Positions 31,932 to 32,000 of a DNA stretch of 32,000 nucleotides are shown here, in pieces. Every line of letters begins with the position of its first letter. Position 1 is the first letter of the stretch. The notes beneath the pieces are model-generated. The model had not been told where the DNA came from. It saw nothing but the letters and a program-made list of their open reading frames with translations, and searched no databases. Position numbers and translations under genes: made by a program. This stretch comes from Mycobacterium tuberculosis H37Rv (GTDB lineage Bacteria; Actinomycetota; Actinomycetes; Mycobacteriales; Mycobacteriaceae), in contig NC_000962.3 of the NCBI RefSeq assembly GCF_000195955.2, positions 510,001 to 542,000 of the forward strand, written 5' to 3'.

Positions 31932-32000
31932 TCACCGGTTGGCAGTGGTACGGCGGACGATACCCAACTTTCAAAATCCGTTCGAGCTGGTCGCTACTTG

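Overview
This is a gene-dense, GC-rich actinobacterial chromosome segment. I recognise it as Mycobacterium tuberculosis complex; from memory it matches H37Rv roughly as local coordinate + 510,000, with groEL2 at local 18608-20230. That assignment is recall, not a database search. Gene order: thiC (5' end only, with an upstream TPP riboswitch), Rv0424c-like small membrane protein, ctpH, Rv0426c-like small membrane protein, xthA, GNAT-like Rv0428c, def, Rv0430, virR (Rv0431), sodC, YbdK-like ligase, Lon-N-domain protein, double AAA+ ATPase, pssA, psd, moeA2, SDR, groEL2 with two CIRCE elements, Rv0441c, PPE10 (MPTR repeats), DinB-like Rv0443, rskA, sigK, DUF1295, ufaA1, DUF1365, FAD amine-oxidase-like Rv0449c, mmpL4 and mmpS4. 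I found no CRISPR array, prophage, IS element, tRNA or rRNA. The observations most worth following up are: (1) CtpH carries a degenerate second P-type ATPase core in its N-terminal half, with DKTGT replaced by DPRVLC, and is flanked by two small proteins sharing a DWP transmembrane motif; (2) the sigK/rskA-DUF1295-CFA synthase-DUF1365-FAD oxidase cassette resembles proteobacterial ECF/ChrR oxidative-stress lipid-modification operons and has a candidate SigK-type, possibly leaderless promoter; (3) CIRCE elements are interleaved with the groEL2 core promoter; (4) the first AAA+ domain of the CDC48-like protein has a degenerate Walker B; (5) the intergenic region upstream of the ctpH locus contains a small array of repeated motifs. 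Most of the window is known genes. The individual sub-features are the possible novelties.
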